This document shows, piece after piece, positions 1 to 15,274 of a stretch of DNA of 64,000 nt. The stretch is from Candidatus Binatia bacterium. Lineage in GTDB: Bacteria > Desulfobacterota > Binatia > UBA9968 > JAJDTQ01. The notes beneath the pieces were generated by a model, which searched no databases, was not told where the DNA came from, and worked only from the letters and a program-made list of their open reading frames with translations. A program made the position numbers and the translations under genes. The stretch spans positions 3,648,001 to 3,712,000 of the forward strand of contig OY762897.2 in NCBI GenBank assembly GCA_963666515.2. The letters run 5' to 3'. Each line of letters begins with the position of its first letter. Positions within the stretch are counted from its first letter, which is position 1.

Positions 1-2018
1 AACTGGAGCTTGGTGATGCCCGGTATGCGTTCCATCTTCCCCCGGAGATCGTCGATGACCTCGGCGGTCTTTCGGGTGCGGTCGTCGTGAAGCTCCAGTG
101 TGAGCTGTCCCACGTTGCTTCCCTTCACCACCCGGTTCGCGTCCAGGAAGGCGGTGCCGACGGTCGTGGACAGGGACTTCAACTCGCTGTCAGGCAGACC
201 CAGCGCGACGTTTTCGGCCTGAACGGCCACGGCCTCGGTGTCTTCCAGCTTGGCGTTGGCGGAAGTCTCGAAGTTCACGAAGAACTGGCTCGACTCGAAC
301 TCGCGAAAGAGCACGAAGGGCACCCGGTACTGCGCCGCCACGGCCAGCAGCACGCTGGCCGCCACGATCACGCTCACCGCCACGTAACGCCAGCGGATCG
401 CAAGTCCCAAGACCGTTTCGTAGACGCGGCGCAGGCCGGTCAGCCACAGGCGCTGGCCGCGCACGTGCAGGCGGCGGAGACCGGTCAGCCGCTCCCGACG
501 GCGCAGCCGCGTAAGCCACAGACGCTCGTTGCGGCGCAACTTGCCGGCATAGCCGGGCGTGATGACGTCCGAGAGATGCGAGGGCAGGATGAACAGCACC
601 TCCAGCAGCGAGAGCAGCAGCGCGAAGGTCACCACGATGGGGAGAGGCTCCAGGAAGACCCCCATGGTCCCCGGCAGCAGCAGGAACGGGACGAACGCGG
701 CGACGGTGGTGAGCACCGTGGTGACCACCGGCCAGGCGACCTCGTAGGTGCCCTGGAGGGCCGCCTCCTTGGGGGACAGGCCCCCCTCGACGTAGCGGTA
801 CACGTTTTCGGTCACGATGACGGCGTCGTCCACCAGCAGGCCCAGGACCAGGATCAGGCCGAAGGCGGAGATCATGTTGAGGCTGACGCCGAAAACCGAC
901 ATCAGGACCAGGCAACCCAGCACCGCGAACGGAATCCCGAGGGAGGTCATCAGGGCGATCCGGCCGTGGACGAAGATGCAGAGCGTCGTGAGCACGATGG
1001 TCAGGCCGATGGCGCCGCTCTCGCCCAGGGTGCCCAGACGGTTTCGGATGTACACCGAGAAGTCGTTGAAGAGCCCGATGGAAACGGTCCCCGGCAAGGT
1101 CTTGCGGAACTCCGCCACGGCGCCGCGGACGCGTTTCGCCACGCTGATGGTGTCGCCGCTCCGCTCCTTGATGACCACGAGGTTGAGCGACGGCTTGCCG
1201 TCGAAACGCGCCAGCACCGTCGGGTCCTCGAAGGACTCGCGCACGCCGGCGACGTCCCCCACCGTGAGGGCGTGTCCGGTGTCGGTGGAACGGAGGATCA
1301 TGCGTTCCACGTCGGCCACGCCTCCGGCCACCCCCAGGGTCCGCACCAGGATCTCGCCGCGGGCGGTCTTGAGCGCGCCGCCGGGCACGTTGCGGTTCTG
1401 GTTGTCCACCGCGGCGCGAATCTCCTCCAGGCTCAGCCCGTACTGGTCCAGCCGCTCCGGCTCGACCTCGATGAGGATCCGGCTCTCGCGGATGCCGAAG
1501 ATCGACACGGTGGCGACGCCGTCCACGCGCCGGAGTTGATCCCGCAGGTCCTTGGCGATCTCCCGCAACTCCTGCTCCGGTATGTCGCCGCTCAGGGAGA
1601 CGGTGATGACCGGGAACGTGGACAGGACCTCGGTCACCCGGGGCTCGTCCGCTTCCTCCGGCAGGCCGGCCACCCGGTCCAGGGCCGCGCGCACGTCTCC
1701 CAGGGCGCGGCTCATCTCCGTGTCCGACTGCATCTGGAGGCGGATTTCGGACTCGCCCTCGCGGGAGCTGGAGAGCATCTCGTTGAGGCCGTCCACGTTG
1801 CGGACCCGGTCCTCGATCCGGGCGGTGATGAGCTCCTCCACCTCCTCGGGGGAGGCGCCCGCGTAGCGCGTGTCGATGCGGATCACCCGCCGGGAAAAGT
1901 CGGGGAACAGCTCTCGCGTGAGCCGGAGGAAGGACACCACGCCGGCGGTGACGATGAGCAGCACCAGCAGATTGACGACGACCGGGTTCTTGATGGAGAA
2001 CTCGATGATCTTCTTCAT
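1..2018 (-). CDS. RND efflux permease subunit (AcrB/AcrD/AcrF family), 3' end outside window
   Basis: Manual translation from ATG 2018: MKKIIEFSIKNPVVVNLL..RELFPDF..YAGASPEEVEELIT. Contains the AcrB TM4 motif GLLVDDAVIVTEN. ATGA overlap with the adaptor gene. Confidence 0.93.
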   Translation of the reverse strand, partial: MKKIIEFSIKNPVVVNLLVLLIVTAGVVSFLRLTRELFPDFSRRVIRIDTRYAGASPEEVEELITARIEDRVRNVDGLNEMLSSSREGESEIRLQMQSDTEMSRALGDVRAALDRVAGLPEEADEPRVTEVLSTFPVITVSLSGDIPEQELREIAKDLRDQLRRVDGVATVSIFGIRESRILIEVEPERLDQYGLSLEEIRAAVDNQNRNVPGGALKTARGEILVRTLGVAGGVADVERMILRSTDTGHALTVGDVAGVRESFEDPTVLARFDGKPSLNLVVIKERSGDTISVAKRVRGAVAEFRKTLPGTVSIGLFNDFSVYIRNRLGTLGESGAIGLTIVLTTLCIFVHGRIALMTSLGIPFAVLGCLVLMSVFGVSLNMISAFGLILVLGLLVDDAVIVTENVYRYVEGGLSPKEAALQGTYEVAWPVVTTVLTTVAAFVPFLLLPGTMGVFLEPLPIVVTFALLLSLLEVLFILPSHLSDVITPGYAGKLRRNERLWLTRLRRRERLTGLRRLHVRGQRLWLTGLRRVYETVLGLAIRWRYVAVSVIVAASVLLAVAAQYRVPFVLFREFESSQFFVNFETSANAKLEDTEAVAVQAENVALGLPDSELKSLSTTVGTAFLDANRVVKGSNVGQLTLELHDDRTRKTAEVIDDLRGKMERIPGITKLQ

Positions 2019-3268
2019 GAGGCCAGATCCCGGCGCGTGACCACGCGGATGCGGGCGCCGTCCAGCAGCAGGCGCTGTCCCGCGGTCACGAGGAGGTCGC
2101 CCGGCTCAAGGCCCGCGGCAACCAGGTAGCGCGGCCCGAACCGTCCGGCAAGGAGCACCGCGCGCCGCGCGGCGAGGCCCGAATCCGGGTCGGCCACGAA
2201 GACGGCCGGCTTCCCGTCCTCGAAGACGACGCTCTCCCGGGGGATCAGGATCGCCCCGGGATAGTCGCGGACCGGGATGACGGCCCGGGCGAACATGCCG
2301 GGAAGGAGCTTGCGGGCGGGAAGGTTGGGGATCAGTATCTCCACCGGAAAAGAGCGGGTCCGCTGGTCCGCCTGCGGGCCGATGTTGGCCACGCGTCCGC
2401 TGAATGCTTCTTCCAACCCCTGCACCCGGACGTCGGCCGCGACCTGATCGCCGAGGCGGTGGATGTCCCCGGCCGGGATGCGTACGTCGAGCTTCACCGT
2501 CTCGATGTCAGCCAGTTGAAAGAGCAACTGTCCGGGAGCGACGCGCTCCCCCAGCGTCACGCTCTTGCGGGCGATGACGCCGGCGAAGGGCGCGCGGATC
2601 TCGGCGTCGCTCAGGGTTTCCCGCGCCTGCTCCAGTTGAACGTCGGCCAGGGCCAGGTCCGCCCGGGCGATAGCGTGCAGCGCTTCCGTCTCCTGCTCGC
2701 CGCTCCGGGCCGACTCCAACTCCTCCTCGATGCGCCGCCAGGCCAGCTCCTGCCGCTCCGCCTCCTGGCTGGAAACCAGCCCCTGCTTCAGAAGCTTCTC
2801 GAGCCGCGCGTGCTCGGCGCGCGCCAGCCGCAACTGTTCACGGTTGAGCCGCACCAGCTTGCGCTGCCGTTCGATGTCCACCGCGGCCTTGCGCACCCTC
2901 GCCCTTGCGCTGGCCACCTGCGCCGCGGCTTTGCGGACGGCGATCTCGAAGTCCGTGGTATCCACCTGCGCGAGCAACTCGCCGGTCCGCACCACGCTGC
3001 CGAGATCGATGCCCGCGGGAATCGCCACGATCCGCCCGCTGATCTCGGCGCTTACCGGACCCTCGCGCACCGCGGAGATGGTCCCCAGCGCCTCGATCCG
3101 GTGCACGAAGTCCGCGGCCACCACCGCGGCCACCTCCACCGGCACAGGCGCGGCCTGCGGTTCGACCAGAGGCTTCTTCTCGACGTCGCTGATCACGTAC
3201 ACGCCCACCGCGGTGACCGCGCTCACCAGCAGGATCAGCAATATCGACACGGCGATGCGGATCTTCAT
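2015..3268 (-). CDS. RND periplasmic adaptor (membrane fusion protein)
   Basis: Start MKIRIAVSILL (ATG 3268, overlaps the TetR stop). N-terminal TM, lipoyl halves (SAEISGRI; IRAPFAGVI), coiled coil, LLPGMFAR. Confidence 0.92.
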   Translation of the reverse strand: MKIRIAVSILLILLVSAVTAVGVYVISDVEKKPLVEPQAAPVPVEVAAVVAADFVHRIEALGTISAVREGPVSAEISGRIVAIPAGIDLGSVVRTGELLAQVDTTDFEIAVRKAAAQVASARARVRKAAVDIERQRKLVRLNREQLRLARAEHARLEKLLKQGLVSSQEAERQELAWRRIEEELESARSGEQETEALHAIARADLALADVQLEQARETLSDAEIRAPFAGVIARKSVTLGERVAPGQLLFQLADIETVKLDVRIPAGDIHRLGDQVAADVRVQGLEEAFSGRVANIGPQADQRTRSFPVEILIPNLPARKLLPGMFARAVIPVRDYPGAILIPRESVVFEDGKPAVFVADPDSGLAARRAVLLAGRFGPRYLVAAGLEPGDLLVTAGQRLLLDGARIRVVTRRDLAS

Positions 3269-3864
3269 TCCAGGCTCCTCATCACCGCCCGTGTCAGGGC
3301 TTCCGTCATCTCGTCCAGGTCGAAGGCCTCCTGGTCGTAGAGCCAGTGCAGCGCCAGCCCGTCGACGCAGGCGAGGATGTGCTCGGCAGCGAGCCTGGGA
3401 TGGTCGCAGTGGAAGAAACCGCCGGCGACGCCGGCCTCGACCACCAGCACCAGGTCGTCGATGGAGGACTTGTAGGCGTCCCGCAACTGCATGCGCAGGA
3501 GGCTCTGCTGCTCGGCCCGGCCGGCCTCGGCCCAGACGTCGCAGAAGACGTAGAAGAAGGGCTCCCATTCACGGAAGCTGGCGAGCGCCGCGGCCAGGAA
3601 GCCCCCGATGATCCGGGGCGGCTCCTCGATCCCGTGCAGCTTCTCCGCGTAGTATTCCTTGAGCTTCGCCAGCATGTAGCCGTGAAGCGACTGAAGGAGC
3701 TGGTGCTTGCTCTCGAAGTACTCGTAGATGGTCCCCTTGCCGATCCCGGCCTCGACCGCGACTTCCTCCATCTTCGAGCGATGGAAGCCCTTGCGGGCAA
3801 AGACCGTCATGGCCGCTTCCAGGATCTCGGCGCGCTTGCGCTCCTTGTCGACAACGATAGGCAT
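3265..3864 (-). CDS. TetR/AcrR family transcriptional regulator
   Basis: HTH ILEAAMTVFARKGFHRSKMEEVAVEAGIGKGTIYEYFESK. Confidence 0.95.
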   Translation of the reverse strand: MPIVVDKERKRAEILEAAMTVFARKGFHRSKMEEVAVEAGIGKGTIYEYFESKHQLLQSLHGYMLAKLKEYYAEKLHGIEEPPRIIGGFLAAALASFREWEPFFYVFCDVWAEAGRAEQQSLLRMQLRDAYKSSIDDLVLVVEAGVAGGFFHCDHPRLAAEHILACVDGLALHWLYDQEAFDLDEMTEALTRAVMRSLE

Positions 3865-3870
3865 TTTCGG

Positions 3871-3890
3871 TTGACCGGCCAGCCGGTCAA
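3871..3890. promoter_or_regulatory. Probable TetR operator (perfect 9-bp inverted repeat)
   Basis: TTGACCGGC-CA-GCCGGTCAA, lying between the -10 box and the TetR ATG. Confidence 0.8.
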
Positions 3891-3893
3891 TTA

Positions 3894-3922
3894 AAACTAC
3901 GCATTGAATGCAAGCAAGTCAA
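3894..3922 (-). promoter_or_regulatory. Sigma70-type promoter of the TetR-RND operon
   Basis: TTGACT-N17-TAGTTT on the minus strand. Confidence 0.7.
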
Positions 3923-3947
3923 TAGGGTCCTTCAACGCACGACTACT

Positions 3948-4802
3948 TCACTGTTCGTCTGCGGCGGGTTCGGAGTCCGGCGCCTTCCGGTCCCCTTCGG
4001 GAATGATCAGGAGCCGGCGGTAAGCGCCCTGGCCAAGGCTCTTGGTGGTGACCCAGGGGTCGTCCTTCAGCGCCAGATGAACGACGCGCCGGTCACGGGC
4101 GCTGAGGGCGTCGATCCCCTGGGTCTTGCGGCTGCGCTTGGCCTTCTCGCCCATGCGCAACGCCATGTCCTCCAGGGACCTCACGCGCCTCCCGCGGTAG
4201 TCTTCCGCGTCGACAACGGGCTGGGGTCCGTCCGAGCCGACCTTGTCGGCCACGATACGGCTCACGATGTGCTGGAGCGCCTCCAGGGTCTGACCCCGCC
4301 GTCCGATCAGCAGGGCGCCGCTGTCGCCTTGTATGTCGAGGACGAACTCCGTCGAGCCGGTGCCGGGCTTGACCGCCACCTTCGCGGACACGCCCATGAG
4401 GCGGAGTATCTCGGAGAGCACATCCACGCCCACCTTGCGGGCCTCCGCCAGGCGCTCTTCGGCCTCCGCGGGGTCTTCGGGAGCCTCTTCTTCGGGAGCG
4501 AGTCCTTCGGACGAGGGCTCCTCGGACGCGTCCTCCGCGAAGACCGCCTCTTCCGCGGCCGGCGCCGCGGCTTCCTTCGCCGGCGCCTCGGCGTCGGCCG
4601 GCCCTTCCTCCGGCGCGACCGCGACGGCCTCCCGGACGGTGGCCCGGACCCGTGCGTTCTGGCGGCCGAAACCCAGCACGCCCACCTTTTCCTCCGCCAG
4701 GATGTCCAGGGATACCTTGTCCCGCTCCACCCCAAGCAGGTTCAGCGCCTTGGTGATGGCTTCGTCAAGGGTCTCTCCTTCCGTCTCGACTTGCTTCATC
4801 AC
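3948..4802 (-). CDS. jag: RNA-binding protein Jag/EloR (Jag_N, KH, R3H)
   Basis: KH motif LLIGRRGQTLEALQ, R3H motif RRVVHLAL, position downstream of yidC. Confidence 0.93.
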   Translation of the reverse strand: MMKQVETEGETLDEAITKALNLLGVERDKVSLDILAEEKVGVLGFGRQNARVRATVREAVAVAPEEGPADAEAPAKEAAAPAAEEAVFAEDASEEPSSEGLAPEEEAPEDPAEAEERLAEARKVGVDVLSEILRLMGVSAKVAVKPGTGSTEFVLDIQGDSGALLIGRRGQTLEALQHIVSRIVADKVGSDGPQPVVDAEDYRGRRVRSLEDMALRMGEKAKRSRKTQGIDALSARDRRVVHLALKDDPWVTTKSLGQGAYRRLLIIPEGDRKAPDSEPAADEQ

Positions 4803-4853
4803 AAACCTCTCCTCCGCGGAGCGCCACGGGCCGGCGCCGTCGGGCGCAGTCCG

Positions 4854-6500
4854 TCAACGCTCTTTTCGGTTGATCAAGTATTGTTGAAGGATGCTCAGCA
4901 GATTGTTGACGAACCAGTAGATCGTGAGCCCCGACGGGAAGCTCACGAAGATCACGGTAAAGATCAGCGGCATGAGCATCATCATGCGCCGCTGGTTGGC
5001 GTCGCCGATGGCCGGCGACATCCACTGCTGGATGAACATGCTCGCGCCCATGAGCAGCACCAGCACGGGAATGCCGACGTCGAAGCCGAAGGCCGAGAAC
5101 GGGAGCGACTCCCAGTCCGGACGCGACAGGTCCTTGATCCACAGGAAGCTCGCGTGACGCAACTCGATGGGCGTCAGCAGCGCGTTGTAGAAGCCGATGA
5201 AGAAGGGGAACTGCAGGAGCATGGGCAGACAGCTCCCGAACGGATTCACCTTGTTCCGCTTGTAGAGGTCCATCATCTCCTTGTTCAGCCGCTGCTTGTC
5301 TTCGCCGAACTTGTCCTTGAGCCGCTGCATCTGCGGCTGGAGCTTCTGCATCCGTTTCATGGAGACGAAGCTCTTCTGGGTCAGCGGCCACAGCAGCAGC
5401 TTGATGATGAGCGTGAGCAGGATGATGTCGAGACCGTAGTTCCCGGTGTACGTCTGAAAGAAATGCAGCGCCTGGAGCATCGGCACCGAGATGAAGGCGA
5501 AGTAGCCGAAGTCGATGGACTCCTCGAGGCCGCGGTCGAAGGACTCCAGCAGGCTCAGCACCTTGGGTCCCATGAAGAGCCGGTAGCGGGCAGCGGGCTC
5601 CCCGCTCGAAAGGACCCGGCCGCGGGTTTCCATCACGAAGCCCCGGTCCCGGCCGGTAGCGGGCGCCACGGTCGCGTCGGCCTCCAATCCGTCCGCGGGG
5701 ATGAGCGCGGAAACGAAGTAGGTGTATCCGAAAGCCGTCCACGTCAGCGGCGCGTTCAGGTTGAGCCGGGTTTCGATGTCGTCCGGCCATTCGCGGGTGA
5801 CCTCCCCCTCGCGCAGCGCGATCACTCCCTCGAACAGGGCATCCTTCTTGACGCCCTTGGACTCGCCGCTGGTGGTGAACAGCAACACGGCGCCCTGCCC
5901 CGACCCGCCGATCGACACGCCGACCTCCACGGCATGGCTGGAACCGTTGAAGGTGAACTCCTTGACCACGCGGCGGCCCGACGGCGTCGAGCCGGCGAAG
6001 GTGAGCCTCCCGTCACGGCCCGCCCCGAGGTTCAGGTCGCCGCCCCGGACCTGGTAGACGATGCCCTGATCGGTGCCGGAGGGCGTGTCGTCCAGGCGGA
6101 GCCCCAGGGGATATTCCATCCCCGGTCCCTGGGAAACCATCTCGATCAACGGGCTGCCGGCCTCCACCCCGGCACGGTAGCGCTTCAGGCGAAAGCTCTT
6201 GATGCGGGCTCCCTGGTTGGTGAACCGCGCGATGTAGTCGGGGGTCTCCACGGTAACGTCCCGCACCGGGACGGCCGGGACCTTCCGGGCAGTCGCGACC
6301 GCAGGCGCCGCCGGGGCCGCGGCGGGCGCCGGCTGCTGAACCGGGGCCACCGCCGGAGCCGGGGCCGCCTTCCCTGGCCTGGAGGCCGTTTCCTCTTTCG
6401 CGGGGGGCTGCACCGGCGGATAGAACCGCCTCATGTACTCCTGGTACAGGATGATGATGAGGATCGAGACGATGACTGCTATGAAGGCTCGCTTTTCCAT
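4854..6500 (-). CDS. yidC: Membrane protein insertase YidC
   Basis: GNYGLDIILLT, SMKRMQKLQP, NPFGSCLPMLLQFP, PSGLTIYW. Confidence 0.97.
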   Translation of the reverse strand: MEKRAFIAVIVSILIIILYQEYMRRFYPPVQPPAKEETASRPGKAAPAPAVAPVQQPAPAAAPAAPAVATARKVPAVPVRDVTVETPDYIARFTNQGARIKSFRLKRYRAGVEAGSPLIEMVSQGPGMEYPLGLRLDDTPSGTDQGIVYQVRGGDLNLGAGRDGRLTFAGSTPSGRRVVKEFTFNGSSHAVEVGVSIGGSGQGAVLLFTTSGESKGVKKDALFEGVIALREGEVTREWPDDIETRLNLNAPLTWTAFGYTYFVSALIPADGLEADATVAPATGRDRGFVMETRGRVLSSGEPAARYRLFMGPKVLSLLESFDRGLEESIDFGYFAFISVPMLQALHFFQTYTGNYGLDIILLTLIIKLLLWPLTQKSFVSMKRMQKLQPQMQRLKDKFGEDKQRLNKEMMDLYKRNKVNPFGSCLPMLLQFPFFIGFYNALLTPIELRHASFLWIKDLSRPDWESLPFSAFGFDVGIPVLVLLMGASMFIQQWMSPAIGDANQRRMMMLMPLIFTVIFVSFPSGLTIYWFVNNLLSILQQYLINRKER

Positions 6501-6506
6501 GGATAC

Positions 6507-6728
6507 TTACGGGACCGGGTCGTACCCGCCGTCGGTGAGCGGATTGCAACGCAGAAGCCGCCAGGCGCCGAGGCCAAGCCCCTTCACGACGCCGTGACGG
6601 CGCACCGCCTGCAACGCGTAGGCGGAGCAGGTCGGATAGTACCGGCAGCAGCGCGGCAGCAGCGGCGAAAGAAAGCGCTGGTAGGCCCTGATGGGGATCT
6701 GCACGGCGGTACGGGCGATGGTGTTCAT
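6507..6728 (-). CDS. yidD: Membrane protein insertion efficiency factor YidD
   Basis: [28 protein letters not shown]. Confidence 0.96.
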   Translation of the reverse strand: MNTIARTAVQIPIRAYQRFLSPLLPRCCRYYPTCSAYALQAVRRHGVVKGLGLGAWRLLRCNPLTDGGYDPVP

Positions 6729-6732
6729 GGGA

Positions 6733-7107
6733 TCATCGGGGCTGCATGCCGGGGTGGCGCTGGAGGCCGGGGCCGATGGCCTTGCGGAGCTCCGCGGTCA
6801 TGGCCGCGTGACTCAACTCTCCCGCTCCTCTGCGGGCTATGACGACCGTATCCTGGTGGTCGCGGAAACTCTCCCGTCCGCGACGGAAGAACTCGCGCAA
6901 CCCCCGCTTCACGCGGTTGCGCACCACCGCGTTCCCCACCTTGGAGCTGACCGTGACTCCCAGCCGTTTACCCAGATGGTCGTTGTCTCGTCGGATGATG
7001 ATGAAGTGCGGCGTGTGGGACTTCCTGCCCCTGCGTGACAGCAGCAGGAACTCGGAACGTCTGGTCAGGCGGGCTTCCTTGGGGAAACCCTCGCGGACAC
7101 AGGGCAA
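6733..7107 (-). CDS. rnpA: Ribonuclease P protein component
   Basis: [21 protein letters not shown] (RNR motif). Confidence 0.95.
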   Translation of the reverse strand: MPCVREGFPKEARLTRRSEFLLLSRRGRKSHTPHFIIIRRDNDHLGKRLGVTVSSKVGNAVVRNRVKRGLREFFRRGRESFRDHQDTVVIARRGAGELSHAAMTAELRKAIGPGLQRHPGMQPR

Positions 7108-7116
7108 CGGCCTGTC

Positions 7117-7278
7117 CTAGGAACGAGGACCCTTGGGTGGGATGACGACGGTCAACCGCTTTCTTCCCTTGGCCCTCCGGCGCTTCAGCACATTGCGGCC
7201 GCCGGGGGTCTCCATCCGCGCGAAAAAACCGTGGGTTCTCTTTCGCCTGAGATTGCTCGGTTGATAAGTCCGTTTCAT
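7117..7278 (-). CDS. rpmH: 50S ribosomal protein L34 (53 aa, not in the ORF track)
   Basis: Manual translation [53 protein letters not shown]. Confidence 0.97.
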   Translation of the reverse strand: MKRTYQPSNLRRKRTHGFFARMETPGGRNVLKRRRAKGRKRLTVVIPPKGPRS

Positions 7279-7394
7279 TTCCGCACCTTCATTTTTCGGT
7301 CACATCTTTCAAGCATACGCCGGGTGGCTTGTCAATTTGCGTTGGGTGGGGCCAAGTCCGCCGCCCCAACCCGCCGAGTACCGGCCGCCGAGTC

Positions 7395-8390
7395 TCAGTC
7401 CGCCTCCGCCTTCTGGGTGCGGCCCATGAGGTCGCGGACAGCCTGCATGGGGGCTTTGTCCTCGTAGAGGACACCGTACATCTGCTCCACAATGGGCATC
7501 TCGACTCCATGCCGCCGGGCCAGGAGGTGGACGGTGCGGGTGTTGCGGATGCCCTCGGCGACCATCCGGGTTCCCGCGACGATGTCTGCGAGCCGGCGTC
7601 CCTGGCCCAGGTCGAAGCCGACCTTGCGGTTGCGGCTCAGTTGGCCGGTGCAGGTGAGCACGAGGTCGCCGAGGCCCGGAAGTCCGGCGAGCGTCACCGG
7701 ATCGGCGCCCATCTTCACCGCCAGACGGGTCATTTCCGCCAGCCCGCGGGTGATGAGCGCGGCCCGGGCGTTGTGCCCGAGTTCCAGGCCGTCGCTGACT
7801 CCGGCGGCGATGGCGATGACGTTCTTGATCACGCCGCCCATCTGCACTCCCAGGACGTCTGTTGACGTATAGACCCGGAATTCCGGGGAACCGAGGCTTT
7901 GCTGCACCTCGGCCGCGGCGTTGTGGTCGGTGCTCGCCACGGTGATGGCGGCCGGCCGGCCCTGTGCCACCTCCAGGGCGAAAGTGGGGCCGGAGAGGAA
8001 GGTGTGACGTCGGGAGTTGCCCAGCACCTCCGCCAGCACATCGCCCATGGTCATCAGCGTCGACTCCTCGATTCCCTTGGAGCCGCACGCCACGATGACT
8101 TCGGGCGCCACGAACGGCGCGGCCCGGCTCATGACCTCACGCAGGAAATGGGACGGGGTCACACAAATAAGCAGGTCCCGGCCGGATGCCGCGGCTTCCA
8201 GAGAATCGGTGACATCGAGGCGGTCAGGCAGCTTGACGCCGGGCAGGTAGACGGCGTTCTCGCCGGCCTCCCGGATCCGCGCGAGGGTTTCCGCGGAGTG
8301 GCACCACATGGCCACGTCGTCGTGTTTCCTGCACAGCAGCACCGCCAGGGCCGTGCCCCAGCCGCCAGCGCCTATGATGCCGATGGACAT
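7395..8390 (-). CDS. gpsA: NAD(P)H-dependent glycerol-3-phosphate dehydrogenase
   Basis: GAGGWGTALA, SKGIE, SGPTFA, KNVIAIAAG, GDLVLTC..SRN. Confidence 0.96.
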   Translation of the reverse strand: MSIGIIGAGGWGTALAVLLCRKHDDVAMWCHSAETLARIREAGENAVYLPGVKLPDRLDVTDSLEAAASGRDLLICVTPSHFLREVMSRAAPFVAPEVIVACGSKGIEESTLMTMGDVLAEVLGNSRRHTFLSGPTFALEVAQGRPAAITVASTDHNAAAEVQQSLGSPEFRVYTSTDVLGVQMGGVIKNVIAIAAGVSDGLELGHNARAALITRGLAEMTRLAVKMGADPVTLAGLPGLGDLVLTCTGQLSRNRKVGFDLGQGRRLADIVAGTRMVAEGIRNTRTVHLLARRHGVEMPIVEQMYGVLYEDKAPMQAVRDLMGRTQKAEAD

Positions 8391-8455
8391 TCCGGGAATC
8401 CGGAGAGTTTTGGGCCTGACCGAGTCGTCAGGACAAATTCCAGTGTCCTGCCCGG

Positions 8456-10924
<2,469 letters not shown>

Positions 10925-10945
10925 GGCGCGGGAGGGAACTGAGGA

Positions 10946-13453
<2,508 letters not shown>

Positions 13454-13572
13454 TCACGGAGGAGGCTCGGTAGAACACCAAGCATGAAGAATAATAGCAT
13501 TTCCGGGCCGCCAATGCCAACCGGAGCGGGGCTCGGATGGTTCATGGCGGCCTCGTTGGAGGGGGAGCTGTG

Positions 13573-14772
13573 CTACGGCGCGGCGGCGCTCCCGCGGGCT
13601 TCCGAGACGAATATCGCGATGTTGGCGGTTCCGAGGGCGAGGACGACGGCCAGGGCTTGCCACGCGATGACGTAGGAACCGGTAGCGTCCACGATGTAGC
13701 CGAACGTGGGCGTGCCCACCACGGTGCCCAGGGCATTGATGGTGATCATCAGGCCCAGGGCCATGCCGGCACGGGACTGGCCCGCGATCTCACTGATCAG
13801 GGAGTAGGACACGCCCTGGTAGCCGATCATGGTGAACCCGCCGAGGAAGGTCAGGGGGACCAGGATGAACGGCGAGACCCCCTTGCCGATGGCGCTGAAC
13901 GCCGCGCACAAGAGCACCGAGATGACCCCGATGAGCACCAGCACGATCTTGCGCCTGCCGCCGAACAGGCGGTCGCTGACGGCGCCCCAGCCGATACGGC
14001 CGACGACCGCCCCGGACTGGGTGATGGACAGCCATTGGCTGGCGTGGACCGTGGAGAACGCGAGTCTTTCCTTGAGGAACAACGGCAGATAGGTCAGGAG
14101 CGACATCTGGCCCATAAGCAGCAGCGCCGTGCCGCAGCTCAGGGCCAGCAGGCTCCTGATGCGCAGGCGCGGGCGGGCGGCGGCCCCGGAAGGCGATTCG
14201 CCCGCTCGATCAGGGCCGGCGGGCTCGCGCCAGAGGAACCAGAAGGCCGCGCCGAACAGCACGTTGACCGCGCCCAAGCCCGCCAGCGTGGCGCGCCAGC
14301 CGAAGACGACCGCCAGGGGCGCGCCCACGAGGGCGGTCAGGACGCCCCCACCGGGTACGCCGGTCTGCTTGATCCCCATGGCGGTGGCGCGGTGACGCTG
14401 GAACCACATCAGCACCCCCTTGGTGGAAGCGGGGTTGAGGAAGCTGTAGCCCAGGCCGGTGAGGAGGAAGCAGGCGAAGGCCCAGCCGAAGGACCCCGCG
14501 GAGGAAGCGAAGATGACCGCCGTCCCCGCGAACACGTGGCCGATGAGGGTGGCCTTCCTCACCCCCAGCCGGTCGCTGAACCACCCGGCGGTGAACGAGA
14601 AGCCGGCCATGCCGATGTAGAAGGCGGTGAAGAACAACCCGACCTGCGCCCGGGTGAGCCCCAGCTCCTGCTGGTAGAACGGCGCGAAGGTGTTGATGCC
14701 GTACTGGGCCGACGCCCCGATGATGTGGGTGACGGTGACCAGGGCGAGGATGGACAGAGGGAAGGAAGCCAT
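13573..14772 (-). CDS. MFS transporter
   Basis: About 12 hydrophobic segments; motif A GWFSDRLGVR and WGAVSDRLFGGRR. Confidence 0.9.
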   Translation of the reverse strand: MASFPLSILALVTVTHIIGASAQYGINTFAPFYQQELGLTRAQVGLFFTAFYIGMAGFSFTAGWFSDRLGVRKATLIGHVFAGTAVIFASSAGSFGWAFACFLLTGLGYSFLNPASTKGVLMWFQRHRATAMGIKQTGVPGGGVLTALVGAPLAVVFGWRATLAGLGAVNVLFGAAFWFLWREPAGPDRAGESPSGAAARPRLRIRSLLALSCGTALLLMGQMSLLTYLPLFLKERLAFSTVHASQWLSITQSGAVVGRIGWGAVSDRLFGGRRKIVLVLIGVISVLLCAAFSAIGKGVSPFILVPLTFLGGFTMIGYQGVSYSLISEIAGQSRAGMALGLMITINALGTVVGTPTFGYIVDATGSYVIAWQALAVVLALGTANIAIFVSEARGSAAAP

Positions 14773-14821
14773 GATGTCCCGGCGCCGGTGCCGCGCCGGG
14801 GCCTCCCGGCGAGGTGGCCCG

Positions 14822-15274
14822 CTACTCGCCCGCCGCCCCCAGCTCCACCGCGGCCCGCAGCGCCAGCAGATAGCTCTGGGCGCCGAAGCCCGCTATCTGC
14901 CCCACCGCGACGCCGGAGATCAGGGACGTGTGCCGGAACGCTTCGCGCTTGTAGATGTTGGAAAGGTGGACCTCGATGACCGGGAGGTCGCAGGCCCCCA
15001 GGGCGTCACGCACCGCGATGCTCGTGTGGGTGTAGGCGCCGGCGTTGATGATGACGGCGCGGAAACCCTCCGCGCCCGCCTGCTGGATCCAGGTGACCAA
15101 CTCGCCTTCGTGATTGGACTGGCGCGCCTCCACGACGACCCCCAACTCCGCGGCCAGGGAACCCACACGGGCGTCGATGTCCGCGAGGGTGTCGCGGCCG
15201 TATATCTCCGGCTCCCGGGAGCCGAGCAGGTTCAGGTTCGGTCCGTGGAGGACCAGTATCTTGGTGTCAGGCAT
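14822..15274 (-). CDS. aroQ: Type II 3-dehydroquinate dehydratase
   Basis: [33 protein letters not shown]. Start MPDTK at 15274. Confidence 0.96.
   Translation of the reverse strand: MPDTKILVLHGPNLNLLGSREPEIYGRDTLADIDARVGSLAAELGVVVEARQSNHEGELVTWIQQAGAEGFRAVIINAGAYTHTSIAVRDALGACDLPVIEVHLSNIYKREAFRHTSLISGVAVGQIAGFGAQSYLLALRAAVELGAAGE

Noticed and set aside
7317-7335. TTGACA upstream of rpmH as a promoter
   Set aside because: The best -10 candidate (TATGCT) is only 12 nt away, so the spacing does not fit.
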